Position numbers and translations under genes: made by a program. Below, piece after piece: positions 48,834 to 61,752 of a stretch of 64,000 nt of DNA. The notes beneath the pieces were generated by a model that ran no database searches, was not told the origin of the DNA, and saw only the letters and a program-made list of their open reading frames with translations. Position 1 is the stretch's first letter. Each line of letters starts with the position of its first letter. The stretch is from positions 3,722,001 to 3,786,000 of the forward strand of contig NW_024704743.1 in assembly GCF_018977255.1 (NCBI RefSeq), read 5' to 3'. This stretch comes from Callorhinchus milii (taxonomy: Eukaryota).

Positions 48834-49724
48834 AGAATGGAAATAGGACATTTCACCCAACAAGTCCTTGCTGGTGTTTATATTCCATATGAGCATGAGC
48901 CCAGATCCATCACCTATACCTCTCTATTACCTTCTTCCTCATGGGGAGAGAGGTAAAGCTTCTATTCCAAGGATTGTCATTTCAATTTAAAATTCATCAA
49001 AAGAGTTGAACGTGTGCAATAAAAATCACTATGATGATTGAGTTGGCCAATACATTCAACCTGGAAAAAAATAAAGCGTGTGAAAGACAGGTTAATGCCA
49101 ATTAAACCAAAGAAAATGAAAGGTAAAAAGAAAGGGGTTGGAATACGTTTGTCAGAGATACGTTGCAAAGCCACCCCCGTGTATCTCACTGTCACGTTGA
49201 TACATGCGGTAGCCAGTGACGGACCCATCACTTCTCCAGATTGGCGTCATTTAACCACACCTCAAAAGTCAGAATGCACAGAAATAAATTAAAATAACAG
49301 CATGTAAAAAGTTTTCTGTAACTAATTGGCCTACCCTAACCCTGGAAGTGTTGAATTGCATTTACATGAATAATACGAGGGGTGATGGGGTTTGGTTATG
49401 AAAACGGAATTACAGTTGGGACACTTGTCACTAGAAACCAGGTCACGAGTGGATCTAATTGAGGTCTTCCAAATTCTGGAAGGTTATGGGATACAGTATG
49501 TAGGTAGTTCAGGACATATGCGCATGTGACCGCCAGGAAGGTGGAAGGCGAACTAGATGGACCTTGATTTTTTTTATGTCTCGCATTTCTTAATGTTTTG
49601 TGAGGATTAGTTGTGAAAATTATTCTCAGTGTTTATTTTAGCTACAATCACTTTGCTCTCTTTCTCTCTTATTCAGCCAAAGCACCAGCCTGGTTCAAGA
49701 CTTTTGCTTGTTCTTCGGAAGGTG

Positions 49725-50400
49725 ATAATAATAATAATAATCTTTGCATTTGACATTGCACCTTATCACGCCATTGAGATGTCTCAAAGTGCTTTGCAAG
49801 ATATACTGAATAGTGGATTGGCTGTTTGTGCACAGTAATGTCCCACAAACAGCCGTGGGGTGAGCACTCGATTTTATTTTGGAAGGTTTCTTGACCGAGT
49901 CACCAGAAAAAACTACCTTCTCTTTTCAAAACTGGCCATGGCATCTCTAACGTCCAAATGAACAGGTACATGAGACACTAGTTTAACGTCTCATATGAAG
50001 GATGGCACCTCCGACAACCCAACACACCCCCAGCACTGCATTGGAGCATAAGCTTAGACTATTCTGACTCAGATTCAAGAGAATGCTACTCCTAACAAGC
50101 CTCACTTTAGGAGTTTAAGGTCACAGTCTAACTGACACTCTAGTGTAGTGTTGAGGGAAAGCTGCGTTGACCAAGGTCTCATTTATCTGTTCAGATGGGC
50201 ATTAAAGATCCCACTGCAATGATATTAAAAAGAGAAAAATGTTTTGCCTGACGTCTTGGCTAACAATCCCCCGGATAAATTGGTCATTTCATTCATGGCT
50301 GTTTGTGGGACGCTGCTGTGTTCAAATAGCTGTAGCTGTGAAGAACTTTGCCTAAAAGTATACAGTCACTGCACTTGACAGAAATTACTTGGCATAGTTT
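49725..50400. mobile_element. Two DeuSINE-like copies (minus ~49725-50090, plus ~50120-50400)
   Basis: Central-domain motifs in both orientations. Confidence 0.7.
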
Positions 50401-50719
50401 GAAGTAGTTCAACATTGTAGGCGTTGCTCCAAATACGAAAAATATTAACCACATTTTCGTCACTTTGTATTCGGGGTCTGTTGTGGGTTCGAATTTCAAG
50501 CATTGATCAAATTTGCTTTGCCAGTGGACAGCTTGAAATATATTGTTGGTGAATTAATGCCTCGTTTATACTGCTGGGAGTAAGGTGATATTGCTCCAGC
50601 AGAAGAGTGACGTGGGGCAGAAAACCCGATGTTTATGTTTTCCTGCTCAAATTAGGGCCATTAAAAACTAACATCCAATTTTGGAGTTTTCCGAAGAGCA
50701 GTTCAGCCCGTGTGTGGAA

Positions 50720-51130
50720 CAACAGCAACAACTTGCATTTATAGGGCACCCTTTACGTGGGGTAGTTGGGTTGAGGACATGCACATTCCACTGCTCTACT
50801 TGACCTCTTCGCTCACCTGCGACTTCGCTCACGACCGACTATTAGGCGCAGGTTAGCAAGAACCAAGGCTCAGGGACCTCAGAGTGTGCGTTTGGTGGGT
50901 GTGAGGATCTTTAAATCGATTTGTTCTGTGACAGGGAGCAAACAGAGACTGGAAGAACCGGGCGATGGGGTGTGGAGTTTGGCGTGGATGAGGATACGAT
51001 GGCAGAGCTTTGAATCAGTCGGACTTTGCAAATGGTGGAGCTGAAGAGAACCCGCAAGGAGCCGATCGGAGAAATGGTGACGAAAGTGAAGTGTTGATGA
51101 GGTTTTCAGCGGCATCGAGTGTGAGGAACA
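50720..51130 (-). mobile_element. L2 remnants with embedded family C fragment (~50840-50900)
   Basis: L2 tail at 50720-50765; reverse strand LPVTEQIDLKILT; tattaggcgcaggttagcaagaaccaaggctcagggacc is family C. Confidence 0.6.
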
Positions 51131-51174
51131 CCGAAATCAAGTGAAAGGGCCCTAATAAAGTTTTGATAATGTTC

Positions 51175-51728
51175 ATGCAATGGGAGATTTCCACACAGCA
51201 ATGTTCCACAAACAGCCATGGAGTGAGTGATCAATTTTATTTGGGGGATTGTTGGCCAGGACACCAGAAGAAACTCCCTTCTCTTTTCAAATGATCTTTA
51301 CCGATCACCTGGACAGACAGATGGGACATCATTTTAACGTCTCATCCGAAGGAAGGCACCTCCAACAATGCAGCGCAACCCCCAGCACTGTGATGGAGCG
51401 TCAGCCTAGACTGTAGGACTTCCAAGGACCGACGTGGGGCTTGAACCTATAATAATAATAATAATAATCCTTGCATTTGATATAGCGCTTTTCATGTCGG
51501 GAGGACGTCCCAAAGCGCTTCACAGAACACACTGTAAAGTGAATTGACTGTATATTTGTGGGCGAACGCAGAAGCCAATTGCACGCAGCAATGTCCCACA
51601 AACGGTCGTAGATTGAAAATGACCAATTTACTATTGTTTTGTTTTTTTGGAGGGATTATTATTAGGCGTAATATATATAACCCTCTGCCTCAGAGGCAAG
51701 CGTGCTACCAACTGAGCCAGGCTGACAC
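51175..51728 (-). mobile_element. DeuSINE-like SINE with nested 5'-truncated young SINE (51449-51667)
   Basis: Host head at 51680-51728; young copy sits next to the host B box (ggggcttgaacct|). Confidence 0.85.
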
Positions 51729-53130
51729 CCATAAGCAGGTAGGAATCCATGCAAAAAACTTCAATTATTATATCATTTTCAGGCTTCCTCTGCCACCTGT
51801 CTAAAGTATTGCTCACTCAGCCATTCAAAAGAAGTAAACTACCAGGTATTTTGTCAAAGTGGCATGGAATTTAAAATAGCCCTGGTAATCTACACAAATT
51901 ACCTACAGTTGCCGTTACACAAAATGATGCTCCTTTCTAAAGATGAAACACTGGCAATTTAGTCCGTCTATCAGTGTCAAAACAGATTCAACCTCCCCAT
52001 TCTGCCATTAACTGGCACTGGGAGCTTGTTACGAGTGGGAAAATGAACACGTTATAGAACTGCAGGCACTGGATTGGTGCAATGCAGAAAAGCTTCACTG
52101 CAACATCCTAGTCAGGTGAGTCTGCAGAAACCTTTTTGGGTGCAGTCAATTTTCATCACAGAAGAGGCCGACACTGCTTAAAGCATCTGATCTACCGACA
52201 TTCACGTTCCAAGTGTAAAGGCTGCTATACCTGGACTGTTCTAAACTTAAACTGGTTTTGATGCTTCTGTTGTTCGGTGTGTTGCAGCCAACATACTGTG
52301 CCACACAATGGTAAGGTAGGTGCCCCCAGTCCTTCGTATGGTACGATCTCCCTTTTCAGTATTTGCCATTGAGGCCTGGTAGCCAAAGCCCTAATGGATA
52401 GCGTGGTCCTAGCTGGACAAACGAATAGCGCTCACAATGGCAAGCTATGCAGTTTTAGTTGATTGAACTACAGCGGTCGTAAAAATGACAATGATAACAA
52501 TAATCAGCCTTGCATTTGATTTAGCACCTTATCACGTTGGTTGAGGCGTCTCACAGGATATACTGTAAAGTGGTTTGACTGTGTATTTTGTGGGTGAAAT
52601 GTGGCGCACAGCAGTGTCCCACAAACAGTCGTGGAACGAGTGACCAATTTCATCCGAGGGATTGTTGGCCAGGACACCGGGAGAAACTCCCTTCTCTTTT
52701 TGAATAGTGCCATGGGATCTTTAACATGCACCTGAATAGGCAGACGGGACCTCAGTTTAATGTCTCCTCCTGAGGACTTAAAGCACCCGACCCCCAGAAC
52801 TCCATCCCTTCATCTTGCTCGCTCCATTGCCTCCTTCAAAGCCCGTCTCAAGTTCCTCCTCTTCGACCGCTCATTCGGCCACCTTACCCTTCCCGCCCTT
52901 CACCCCCACAACCCCTCCCCCCCACCCCCCACCCGATCCCAACAAAGGTGAGGGCAGAGAAGCTGAAGGCCCAACTGACGATGGTGGGATGAGCTGGGAG
53001 GGGGATAGGTCAACATATGGGGTTAGCAGGTCACATAGATGGTGTCAAAGATGGGATTTGAAGGTACATAAAGGGTGGGTGAGGTGGAGGGATTGAGGCA
53101 GGGAGTTTCAGAGGTTAGGAGCAAAGTGGA

Positions 53131-53440
53131 GTGAAGTCCTGTAGCTCAGTGGTTAGAGCACTCGCCTCGCAAGCGAGAGAGCTGGGTTCGATTCCCGGCA
53201 GGGCGAAAACATGGGCAAGTTTCCTTACCCCACACTCCTGTTAATAACCCCTCAAGAAAAAAAACACAATAATAATTTGGTCGCTCAATCCACGACTGTT
53301 TGTGGAGACGCTGCTGTGCGCAATTGGCTGCCGGGTTTCGCCCACAAATATACAGTCAATTCACTTTACAGTCTATTCTGTGAAGCGCTTTGAGACGTCG
53401 AGAAGACGTGAAAAGCGCTATATCAAATGTAAGGATTAGT
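53131..53440 (+). mobile_element. tRNA-headed SINE with intact cloverleaf head (anticodon CGC at 53168-53170)
   Basis: D arm GCTC/GAGC, anticodon stem CTCGC/GCGAG, T arm CTGGG-TTCGATT-CCCGG; continues into the SINE body and tail. Confidence 0.9.
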
Positions 53441-53767
53441 ATGTTTTATTACTGTAAAGTGACATCTCAAAGCTCTTCACAGCGATTACTGTAAAGTGTA
53501 GTGATTCTGTATTTTGTAAGCAAATGCCATGAAACCAAAGCTAGGCAAACAGTGCAAGGTGTGAGTGATGAATGCATTTTCATCTGATGTTTATGTGTTG
53601 TGTTCGGAAACAATGTCTGCATTTTTCAATTCCTAATTTTCTGTTTCGGCTTTGATGTCCCAAGGCACTGGAAACTCATCCTTGAAAGTGTTTTCTTTTT
53701 GTATTTCTGAAAAGAAACTTACAGAAAAACAGCTTCAAAATGAAATCTGCATTTAAGAATTTGCCAA

Positions 53768-54316
53768 ACATAGGAACGTAGAAACAGGAAGAGGCCATTC
53801 AGCCCTTCGAGCCTGTTCCGCCATTTAATTAGATCATGGCTGATCTAGACCTCAACTAATCCTTTCAATTCCAATTTCCCGCTTTCTCCCATATCCCTTA
53901 ATATCCTGACCAACCAAATATCTATCAACCTCACTCTTGAAGGTGTGGATGGAACCAGCATCCACGGTCTTTTGGGGGAGAGAATTCCAGATTTCTACTA
54001 CCTTTTCAATGAAAAAATGCTTCCCGATTCCACTCTTAAACGGCCTGGTTCTAATTTTAAGACTACGCCCCCTTGTTTTGGATTTTCCCCCCAGAGTAAA
54101 TAGCTTCTCTGTATCCACCCTATCGAATCCCTTTATCATCTTAAATACCTCAATCAAATCACCCCTCAACCTTCTAAACTCAAGAGAATCCAAGTTTACG
54201 CAGCCTTTCCTCGTAACTTAACCCTTTTAGGCCTGGTAACATTCTGGTGGACCTGTGCTGCACCCCCTCCAGGGCCAACACATCTTTCCTGAGGTGTGGT
54301 GCCCAAAACTGAACGC
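53768..54316 (-). mobile_element. CR1 LINE 3' fragment (~550 bp)
   Basis: VQFWAPHLRKDVLALEGVQHRSTRMLPGLKGLSYEERL / SLEFRRLRGDLIEVFK...HFFIEKVVEIWNSLP...IKGYG plus CR1 3' UTR; one frameshift near 54190. Confidence 0.92.
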
Positions 54317-55255
54317 TAAATTGCTGCGTGAACTGAGTCAATCTAAACCTCGGGAGAATTTTTCCCCAAATATCCCTTCGCAGAGATAGCATTGCCCCTT
54401 TAAGAACGGGGCGATTCAATTTCATGCTAAATTTAAAAGTACCAGAAGCAATTAACTTGACCTCAAAGGAAATAAATCTTCCTGACTGGAAGAGTTTCAA
54501 ACAACATTTATTGATTCCCTCAGCTCGCAAAATTGGCATCATAACAAAAAAACATTTTTTTGGAAACAGTGAGTAAAGATTAGACCAAGTTATTTAAGAT
54601 TCATTGCCCCATTACAAACTTTGTTACCTGCCACATTGAGCCTGTTTGATAATTTGTTCGTCAAATGCTTGGCAAGGTTCGAGCCTTATTATAGAAGATT
54701 ATTTACCTATTTTAAACAGCATAAAGTGTCTTCTCTTTGCACTTCTCCCTAAATGGCTTTAACTTTCAAAGTAATGATATGCCACATCGATTTCCAACAG
54801 ACCAGGACAGTCATTGCCTCAAAATGTTTTAACAGCGAGGGCAATTGGCTCGCACAATAGGCTGAGCTATGTGGGAATACTGAGGTTTAAATAAAAAAGG
54901 CAGAGCCCATTGTTGAAATGGTTATAGCTGGTATTGAGAAATATGTCAGAGAGCTTTCCTCATAACAACCCTTAAAAGCTGCTTTCCCTAACAAATATTA
55001 TATTCCACTTGAGGCAAATGTTTAGCTTCCCTTTTCCGCTTTCTAACAAAGCAGCTGACTACCTACGTCAAATACACAACACAGATTTATTCTGGGTCTA
55101 TATCGAATGAAAGAATGCCTGCTGTCTTTTAAAAGAAAAATGCGGGGACCATAACTCTTCATGTTCTTGAGCTCAATACCAGTGTCTTAAGTTTTCAGAT
55201 TCTGTGGAAGTTTGGAAAACAGTTTTAAGTTGGAAGTCTTTCTTTGTTTGGAATT

Positions 55256-55525
55256 CGAATCATAGAATTATACAGCGCAGAAGGGGGCCATTGGGCCCAT
55301 CATGCCCGTGCCAGCTCTTGAAAGAGCTGTCCAAATGAATCCCACTCCCCCGCTCTCTCCCCATAGACCTGCAAACTTGTCCTCACCAAATATCTATCCA
55401 CTTCTTCCTTGAAAGTTGTTATCGAATCTGCTCCATTACCCTTTCAGGCAGTGCCTTCCAGATCCGAACAACTCGCTGTGTGGCAAAATGTCTCATCATC
55501 TCCGCTCCGGTTCTTTTGACAACTA
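55256..55525 (-). mobile_element. CR1 LINE 3' end (second subfamily)
   Basis: catagaattatacagcgcagaagggggccattgggccc terminal motif; reverse strand TQRVVRIWKALP. Confidence 0.8.
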
Positions 55526-55539
55526 TCTTAGGTTCTTTT

Positions 55540-56155
55540 GGGTAGTGGATTCAAGCCTCACATCCGGACTTTGAACTCAAATAGTCTCTCAGTGGTTAGA
55601 GCACTCGCTTTGCAAGCGAGAGACCTGAGTTCAATTCCAGGCAGAGGGCGAAACCTTGGGCAAGTTTCCTTACTCCACACAGAGCCTAATAATAATCCCT
55701 CCAAAACCAAAAACAATAATAAATTGGTCATTTTCAATCTACGACTGTTTGTGGGACATTGCTGTGCGCAATTGGCTGCCGCGTTCGCCCACAAACATAC
55801 AGTCAATTCACTTTACAGTGTGTTCTGTGAAGCGCTTTGGGACGTCCTCCCGACGTGAAAAGCGCTATATCAAATGCAAGGATTATTATTATTATTACAT
55901 AGTTGGAGGTGCTGTCCTTCAGAGGAGACATTTCACCGAGATCGGAGCATGTTTTTGGGTGAACATTAAAGATCCTGTGGCACTAATTCAAAAAGAGAAG
56001 GGAGTTTCTCCGGTGTGGTGGCCAAAACATCCCCTAAATAAAATTGGTCACTCACTTCAAGGATGTTTGTGGAACATTGCTGCGCGCAAATTGCAGGCTG
56101 CGAGTTTGCCGACGAAACTCCACAGTCACTACATTTTACAGTGAATCCCATGAAA
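55540..56155 (+). mobile_element. DeuSINE-like SINE with nested young SINE (55588-55897)
   Basis: Host 5' part ends ...atagtct, resumes catagttggaggtgctgtccttc after the inserted (ATT)n tail. Confidence 0.85.
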
Positions 56156-57373
56156 CAGAACTACATTGGAATACTCAAGCCAGTTCAAAGTCTTGATATG
56201 GTGGTTTTCCTCCTCCCTCTCGATGGCTCGGGGTCAGGCTCCTCCACTGTTAAGCGCTCCGAGATGCTGCCCCATGTGAAGGGCGCTATATAAATGCAAG
56301 TGTTGTTGTTGAACCCACAACGTTCTGACGAAAGCGCTGGGCAACTAAGACAGTCTAACACTGAGCTATAGAGCTGATGCTATGTAATGTATCACAACGT
56401 TGCTTGGTGTATCTGACACAGTTCTAAGGCAAAAATATACGTACAAATATTAGACAAAAGTATGTTATGACAGAAACTCACTCCTCAACGGACTCATGCT
56501 GCCACGATGACCATCAAGTGAGAAGTGGAGAATTTCACGCCACCCCTGAATGAATCACTATTAAGATGTCATTAATCACCTGTTGGTTTCGGCAAAGATA
56601 GACAGAGTGTAGTCATCGCGCAGGTGGAAAAACAGGTGCCAATTTCATGCTGACTTTCGATGCTTGAATCCCTTTACCCCTTCAGTGCCTTTACTTTCGC
56701 CTGCAAAACATACAGTCAATTCACTTGACAGTGTATGCTGCGAAGCGCTTTGAGGCGTCTCGAAGACGTGATAAGGCGCTGTATCAAATGCAAGGATTAT
56801 TACATATTTTATTATTACTTTGACTCTCTGAGAATAGCCCTCACGATCCCATTCTTATCAACCGTAGAAGCAAGTAGCGCATCTAAATCCACCATTTGAT
56901 GCTGCCGTTTTTATCTTGATGTTGGTGTGCCCTTTCACTCAGCGTTAACTGGCTCAACTTTCCATTTGCCTGTGGCTCTGAAATAAATTACATTTGTTAA
57001 TAAACAGCCAGGAGCCATGACGAAACTGCTCGGATCACATTGTTTGTCTCCTCACTTCGGGTACCTAGCAAGTTCATCCTTCAATTTATTCAGTTCTAGT
57101 CAGTTTTTTTTTATTCAATCAATGTCTAATTCAGTGGAAGAAGACTTAAAAATAGGACAACATCAAATGCTTCTGCCCTGACTGATAATAATAATCCTTG
57201 CGTTTGATATAGAGCCCTATCACGTCTTCGAGGCGTCTCAAAGCGCTTCACTGGAATATGATGTAAAGTGAATTTGACTGTATAAAAGTGCCCCAAATGC
57301 TCTCTCACTACACTTTACAGTAAAGCCCTGTAAAGTGCTTTGAGGCGTCATCCCAGAATGAAAGGTGCTGGGG

Positions 57374-57446
57374 ACTCTCAGCAGGTCAGGCAGCATCTAC
57401 GGAGAGTGAGAAAAGTGAGTTTACGTTTCAGGTTTCGTCAAACCTT
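57374..57446 (-). mobile_element. Penelope-like terminal fragment with partly deleted hammerhead motif
   Basis: cagcaggtcaggcagcatctacggag...aaagtgagtttacgtttcagg nearly identical to 61811-61862. Confidence 0.7.
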
Positions 57447-58336
57447 TTGCCTTTTGAAATCAAAGCGACTCCCTACCCTTTACCATCTGCACACATAGAT
57501 AGAGACAAGTCCTAAAACAATGAAAAAATTAAATAATAATAATAATCCGTTCATTCGATACACCGCCTTTCACACCGGTTGGACGTCTCAAAGGGATTCA
57601 CAGGATATATTGTAAAGTGGAGAGACCGTGTGTTTTATAGCAGAAGATAGCAGCCAACGTGGGCACAGCAATGTCCCACAAAAACCGTGAAGAGAATGTC
57701 AATATTTTCTATTTAATAATGTAAAGGAGTTTTATGAGCAGCGTACTTTTCTTTGAATAAGCTACAGAATTGTGATGTTGAAAATCATTTACATCTCCAC
57801 ACTGCTCGAAAACGTGAATTGAATATCAATCAGCTACTCGTCATTTTAAAACATACCTAATGTGCCAATTCCTGCTAGAATCATTTTAATGCTATTTTAT
57901 TTGAAATTAAGATTGGTAATCTATTTCTAACACTGGTTTGCACCAGATAGCAACCTCAGTCTGTTTCATGTCACTTCTGTGAACTGGATGCTATTCAACT
58001 CACCTGTTTTGGAAGAAAAAAAATGTAGCAGGCCTATCCTGTGTTTTAAGGTGTTATAACCTTGAATATCTTTGCTGAAGAGTAACCTATTGTAAAATAA
58101 AAAGGACATTGGTAAGGAGATCCATTGATAAGCAAGAAAACAACCGTTTTTTTTTAGGAAAGCATGTAATTATCCATGCAGTGTTATTTGAACAAGTCAG
58201 TAAAATCTATCATAATAGGCGTTGGGCTAAAATTCAGCTGGTCTTCATAGATAAGCATTACAAGAGATTGAAGAATAAATTATTAGGTTGTCATTGGGTC
58301 TGACATTGGATGGTTGCAGGCCCTTTTGTACGTTCT

Positions 58337-58750
58337 TGTCAGTCTTGTCTGGCTCAATTGGTAGCACGTTTGCCTCAGAAGATTGTGGGTTCAAGCCCCA
58401 TGTCGGAACTTTGAATTCATAGTCTAAGCTGACACTCCCAACGCAGTGCTGGAGACGGGCTGCAATGTTGGAGGTCATGTCCTTCGGATGAAATGTTAAA
58501 CCAATGTCCTGTCTGCCTGCTCAGGTGGACGTTAAAGATCCTGTGGTACTATTGGAAAAGCGAAGGGAGTCTCTCCCCATCGCCTGGCCAACAATCCCAC
58601 AGATCAAATTGGTTACTCGCTTCATGGATGTTTGTGGAACAACGCCTGCGCACAAATTGGCTGCCATTTTTATGCAAGGTCACTGCATTTTACAGAATAT
58701 GCCATTAAACACTTTTTTGAGACGCACTAAATCAAATGCAACAATTTTGT
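58337..58750 (+). mobile_element. DeuSINE-like SINE, near full length
   Basis: Head tggctcaattggtagcac...gggttcaagcccc; central tcggatgaaatgttaaacc...caggtggacgttaaagatcc; decayed tail. Confidence 0.85.
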
Positions 58751-59917
58751 TGTTACGATGGTGGGTAGAAATTCTACCTGGTTCTAGATTTATTATGTTC
58801 ACTATTCTAATAATAATAGTAATAATAATGATAATAAGTTCACCCACAAAATACACAGTCAATCCACTTTACAATATACTCTGTGGAGCGCTTTGAGATG
58901 TCTCAACGATGTGATAAGGCACTATTTCAAATGCAAGAATTATTGTGATTATTATTAACCATAATCATCATATTCATGAACGAATAACAGTTGCATTAAA
59001 CCCATTTACAGAAACGTTCATTGTGGTTTTACTTGCGGGAAGAGAAGCAAGAGCAATAAATTGGAAGTAAGATATTGCAATCGGCCAAATATTTCCATCC
59101 CTCAACATGACATTGAAGTTTCTAACTCTTTTCGGAGGAGTTGGGGGAAGGGATTAAGGTATTCTCCAGGGTACTTGTCAGGCTGACTGAGTCTGACTGA
59201 GACCCGGTGAAGCTCATCGCACGTTTGGCTGATGGATTGCAGCCTCTTAAGCATTGTTTCACGTTTTTGTTTTCTTACATTTGTCTCAGCTGTGTTTTCC
59301 AACTGTTAAGAGCAGTTTGGGGATCAGCGATGGTTCCCTATGGCAGCTTCTGTCAGGGAGCTGATGGATGTTTGATGATCATAGCCAGCACGGAAGGAAA
59401 GGGTTGTGTTTAGACAATCCGCCCGGTAGGGACTATTACTTTGATCTGTGATATGCTGGAAAAATTGAGAAGAAAGAAAATAGGAAGCGAGGGCATTAAA
59501 CCCATTTATCACCAACTGCTGAGCAAGGAATGGAAGCCCTTTCTTTGAAGACAGTCTATTATCTTCTAGTTGGTTCAGATTGCAAGCTCCATGACACCGT
59601 ATGTTTCATCAGCAGTCGATAAATTAATGCAGGACACTGCTGGAGGGTAAATTCCATTAGACAGCAAACATGGTGAATTGTATGGCTATTTACATCAGCT
59701 TTTAGCCCGTTTGCTGGCGTTAACCCTAAAGAAATGCTGCACTGTTCCTTTCTTTCGCTTTCCCATAATTGCTATACGAGGTTTTCGATCTATGTAGCAG
59801 AGATTTGCCTCCTGCTGAGTATCGATAAAATGTACGTCTCAAAGTGCTTCACACCATATACTGTAAAGCACAGTGACTGTGTAATTTGAAGGCAAATGTA
59901 GCAGCCAGTTTGCACAG

Positions 59918-60230
59918 CAACAACTTGGGTCCTTCACATAGGGTAGCACCTCGGAGTGTTTAAAAGTGGTGGAGCTTTTTGCTGAGCCGGTGGGACTGGA
60001 GGAGGTGACCATAGGCACGGTTCAAGAGGAAGATCTGAAAATGGGGAATGAAGGGGATTGAGGGAGAGTGCTCCGGCGTTTCAGAGCGTAGAGGCTAACA
60101 GCACGGCTGCCGATGGTGGAACGGAGGCGATGGGGGACATGCGGGAGGCTGGAGCCAGGCGAGTGGGGGCGGCGGGTTGTGGCGCAGGGAAATAGCAGGT
60201 CGGAGAGGTTGGGAGGTGTCAGGAGTGAAG
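59918..60230 (-). mobile_element. L2 LINE 3' fragment
   Basis: Reverse strand STIGSRAVSLYA..STLPQS; L2 tail at the left end. Confidence 0.7.
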
Positions 60231-60437
60231 GGATTTGCTGCCTCGTTTCCCCATAAAACACACAGTCACTGCACTTTACAGTGTATGGTTTGAAGCGCTT
60301 TGGCATGTCCTCCCGACATGAAAGGTGCTACACCAACTGTAGGGATTATTATTTTTCTGCAAGTTAGATATAATATAGTGTAGGAGTTCAATGCACTGAG
60401 ATGTTATCCTGCTAGAAGGCACTATATGAAGGCAAGC

Positions 60438-60820
60438 TCTGTAGTTCAGTGGTTAGAGCACTCGCCTGGCAAGCGAGACACCTGGGTTCAGTTCCCGGCA
60501 GGGCGAAACCTTGGGCAAGTTTCCTTACTCCACACAGAGCCTAATAATAATCCCTCCAAAACAAAACAATAATAAATTGGTCATTTTCAATCCGCGGCTG
60601 TTTGTGGGACATTGCTGTGCGCAATTGGCAGTCGCGTTTCACCCACAAATATACGGTCAATTCACTTTACAGTATATTCTGTAAAGCATTTTGGGACGTC
60701 CTCCCAACGTGAAAAGCGCTATATCAAATGCAAGGATTATTATTACTATTATTCTGTGAAGCGCTTTGAGACGTCTCGAAGACGTGAAAAGCGCTATATC
60801 AAATGCAAGGATTATTATCA
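60438..60820 (+). mobile_element. tRNA-headed SINE with a second tail appended
   Basis: Full element to ~60748, then a second ~70-nt tail of the TCGAA-loop type. Confidence 0.88.
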
Positions 60821-61752
60821 TGTTATGTTGTTGTTATTGTTGAATATGAATAAATAGGTAAATATAGTTTCTAAGATTTGTTCACATTACTTAGTCACTT
60901 CAAGTTATACTTCAAAAATTATACACTGGTTAGTGTCACAGTTGGATTATTTCAGGGATGAATTGAGCTACCAGTGTATGAAGCGCTTTGAAACACGTCC
61001 TCGCGACGTGTGAAGGCGCTCTATCAATGTAAATCGTATTGAATCGGGTTCGGTATTGTATAAGACCTTTTGAGCAAATTGGCATCTTTTTTCTTTATTG
61101 CTGCTGTGTGCTCAAAGCCAGGGACGGAGTCCGCAACATTATATATTTCAGCACGTATTTGTCGCACGAAGATTAGTGAAGACATTCACTATAACGATGA
61201 GGATCTCCACACGCAAACAACAAACTGCCAGAGGTCCAATGATTGTCATTTAATAGTTTTGAGCTGCAATGGATTTTAACCCCCGCTGGTATTCAATTAA
61301 GTGACCCTGTTTGAGCTGGACATATCAGACCACATCAGATGCTGGATGTGGCTCAGGTCTGCCGAGAATCAAATGAATTATAACCTATTCAGGTGGCTAT
61401 TCAGGTCTGAAATTCTACCTAACCTTGGCCCGTAAGGCTGTTTTTATTTCTTGCAATTGAAGATGGCAAAGGACTGTGGAAAATTCTTCCGTTCAGTCTT
61501 AATTTTGAAGTCGTCTTTTTGCGGTTCCTAAAGAGAACCATCTTCCAAAGTAATTGTGAATTCAAGAATCCTCCTCTATTTCCAACTTCAAATGCACCCC
61601 TTTCGCTCCCGATTCTTCCTTTCCCCATGGCAAAGTAGTTATTATAAAACCGAGAATTAATAATATTAATCGTTGTTTGTCAGGGCCTTGTGATTGTGGC
61701 ACTCCTAACCTCAACCTTCCCTCCATCGTATACCCTTAGGTTAAAAAAAAAA

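Noticed and set aside
48375..48956. 193-aa ORF with RT motifs as a functional gene
   Set aside because: Only a ~100-aa CR1 RT fragment lacking the catalytic YADD/FADD region; flanks are a tandem repeat and 3' UTR.
51985..52121. Perfect plus-strand donor CAG|GTGAGT
   Set aside because: No convincing acceptor with an open, recognisable frame upstream.
53135..53206. Bona fide tRNA-Ala gene
   Set aside because: Continues into a SINE body with no nearby T-run terminator, has a 1:72 mismatch and lacks G3:U70.
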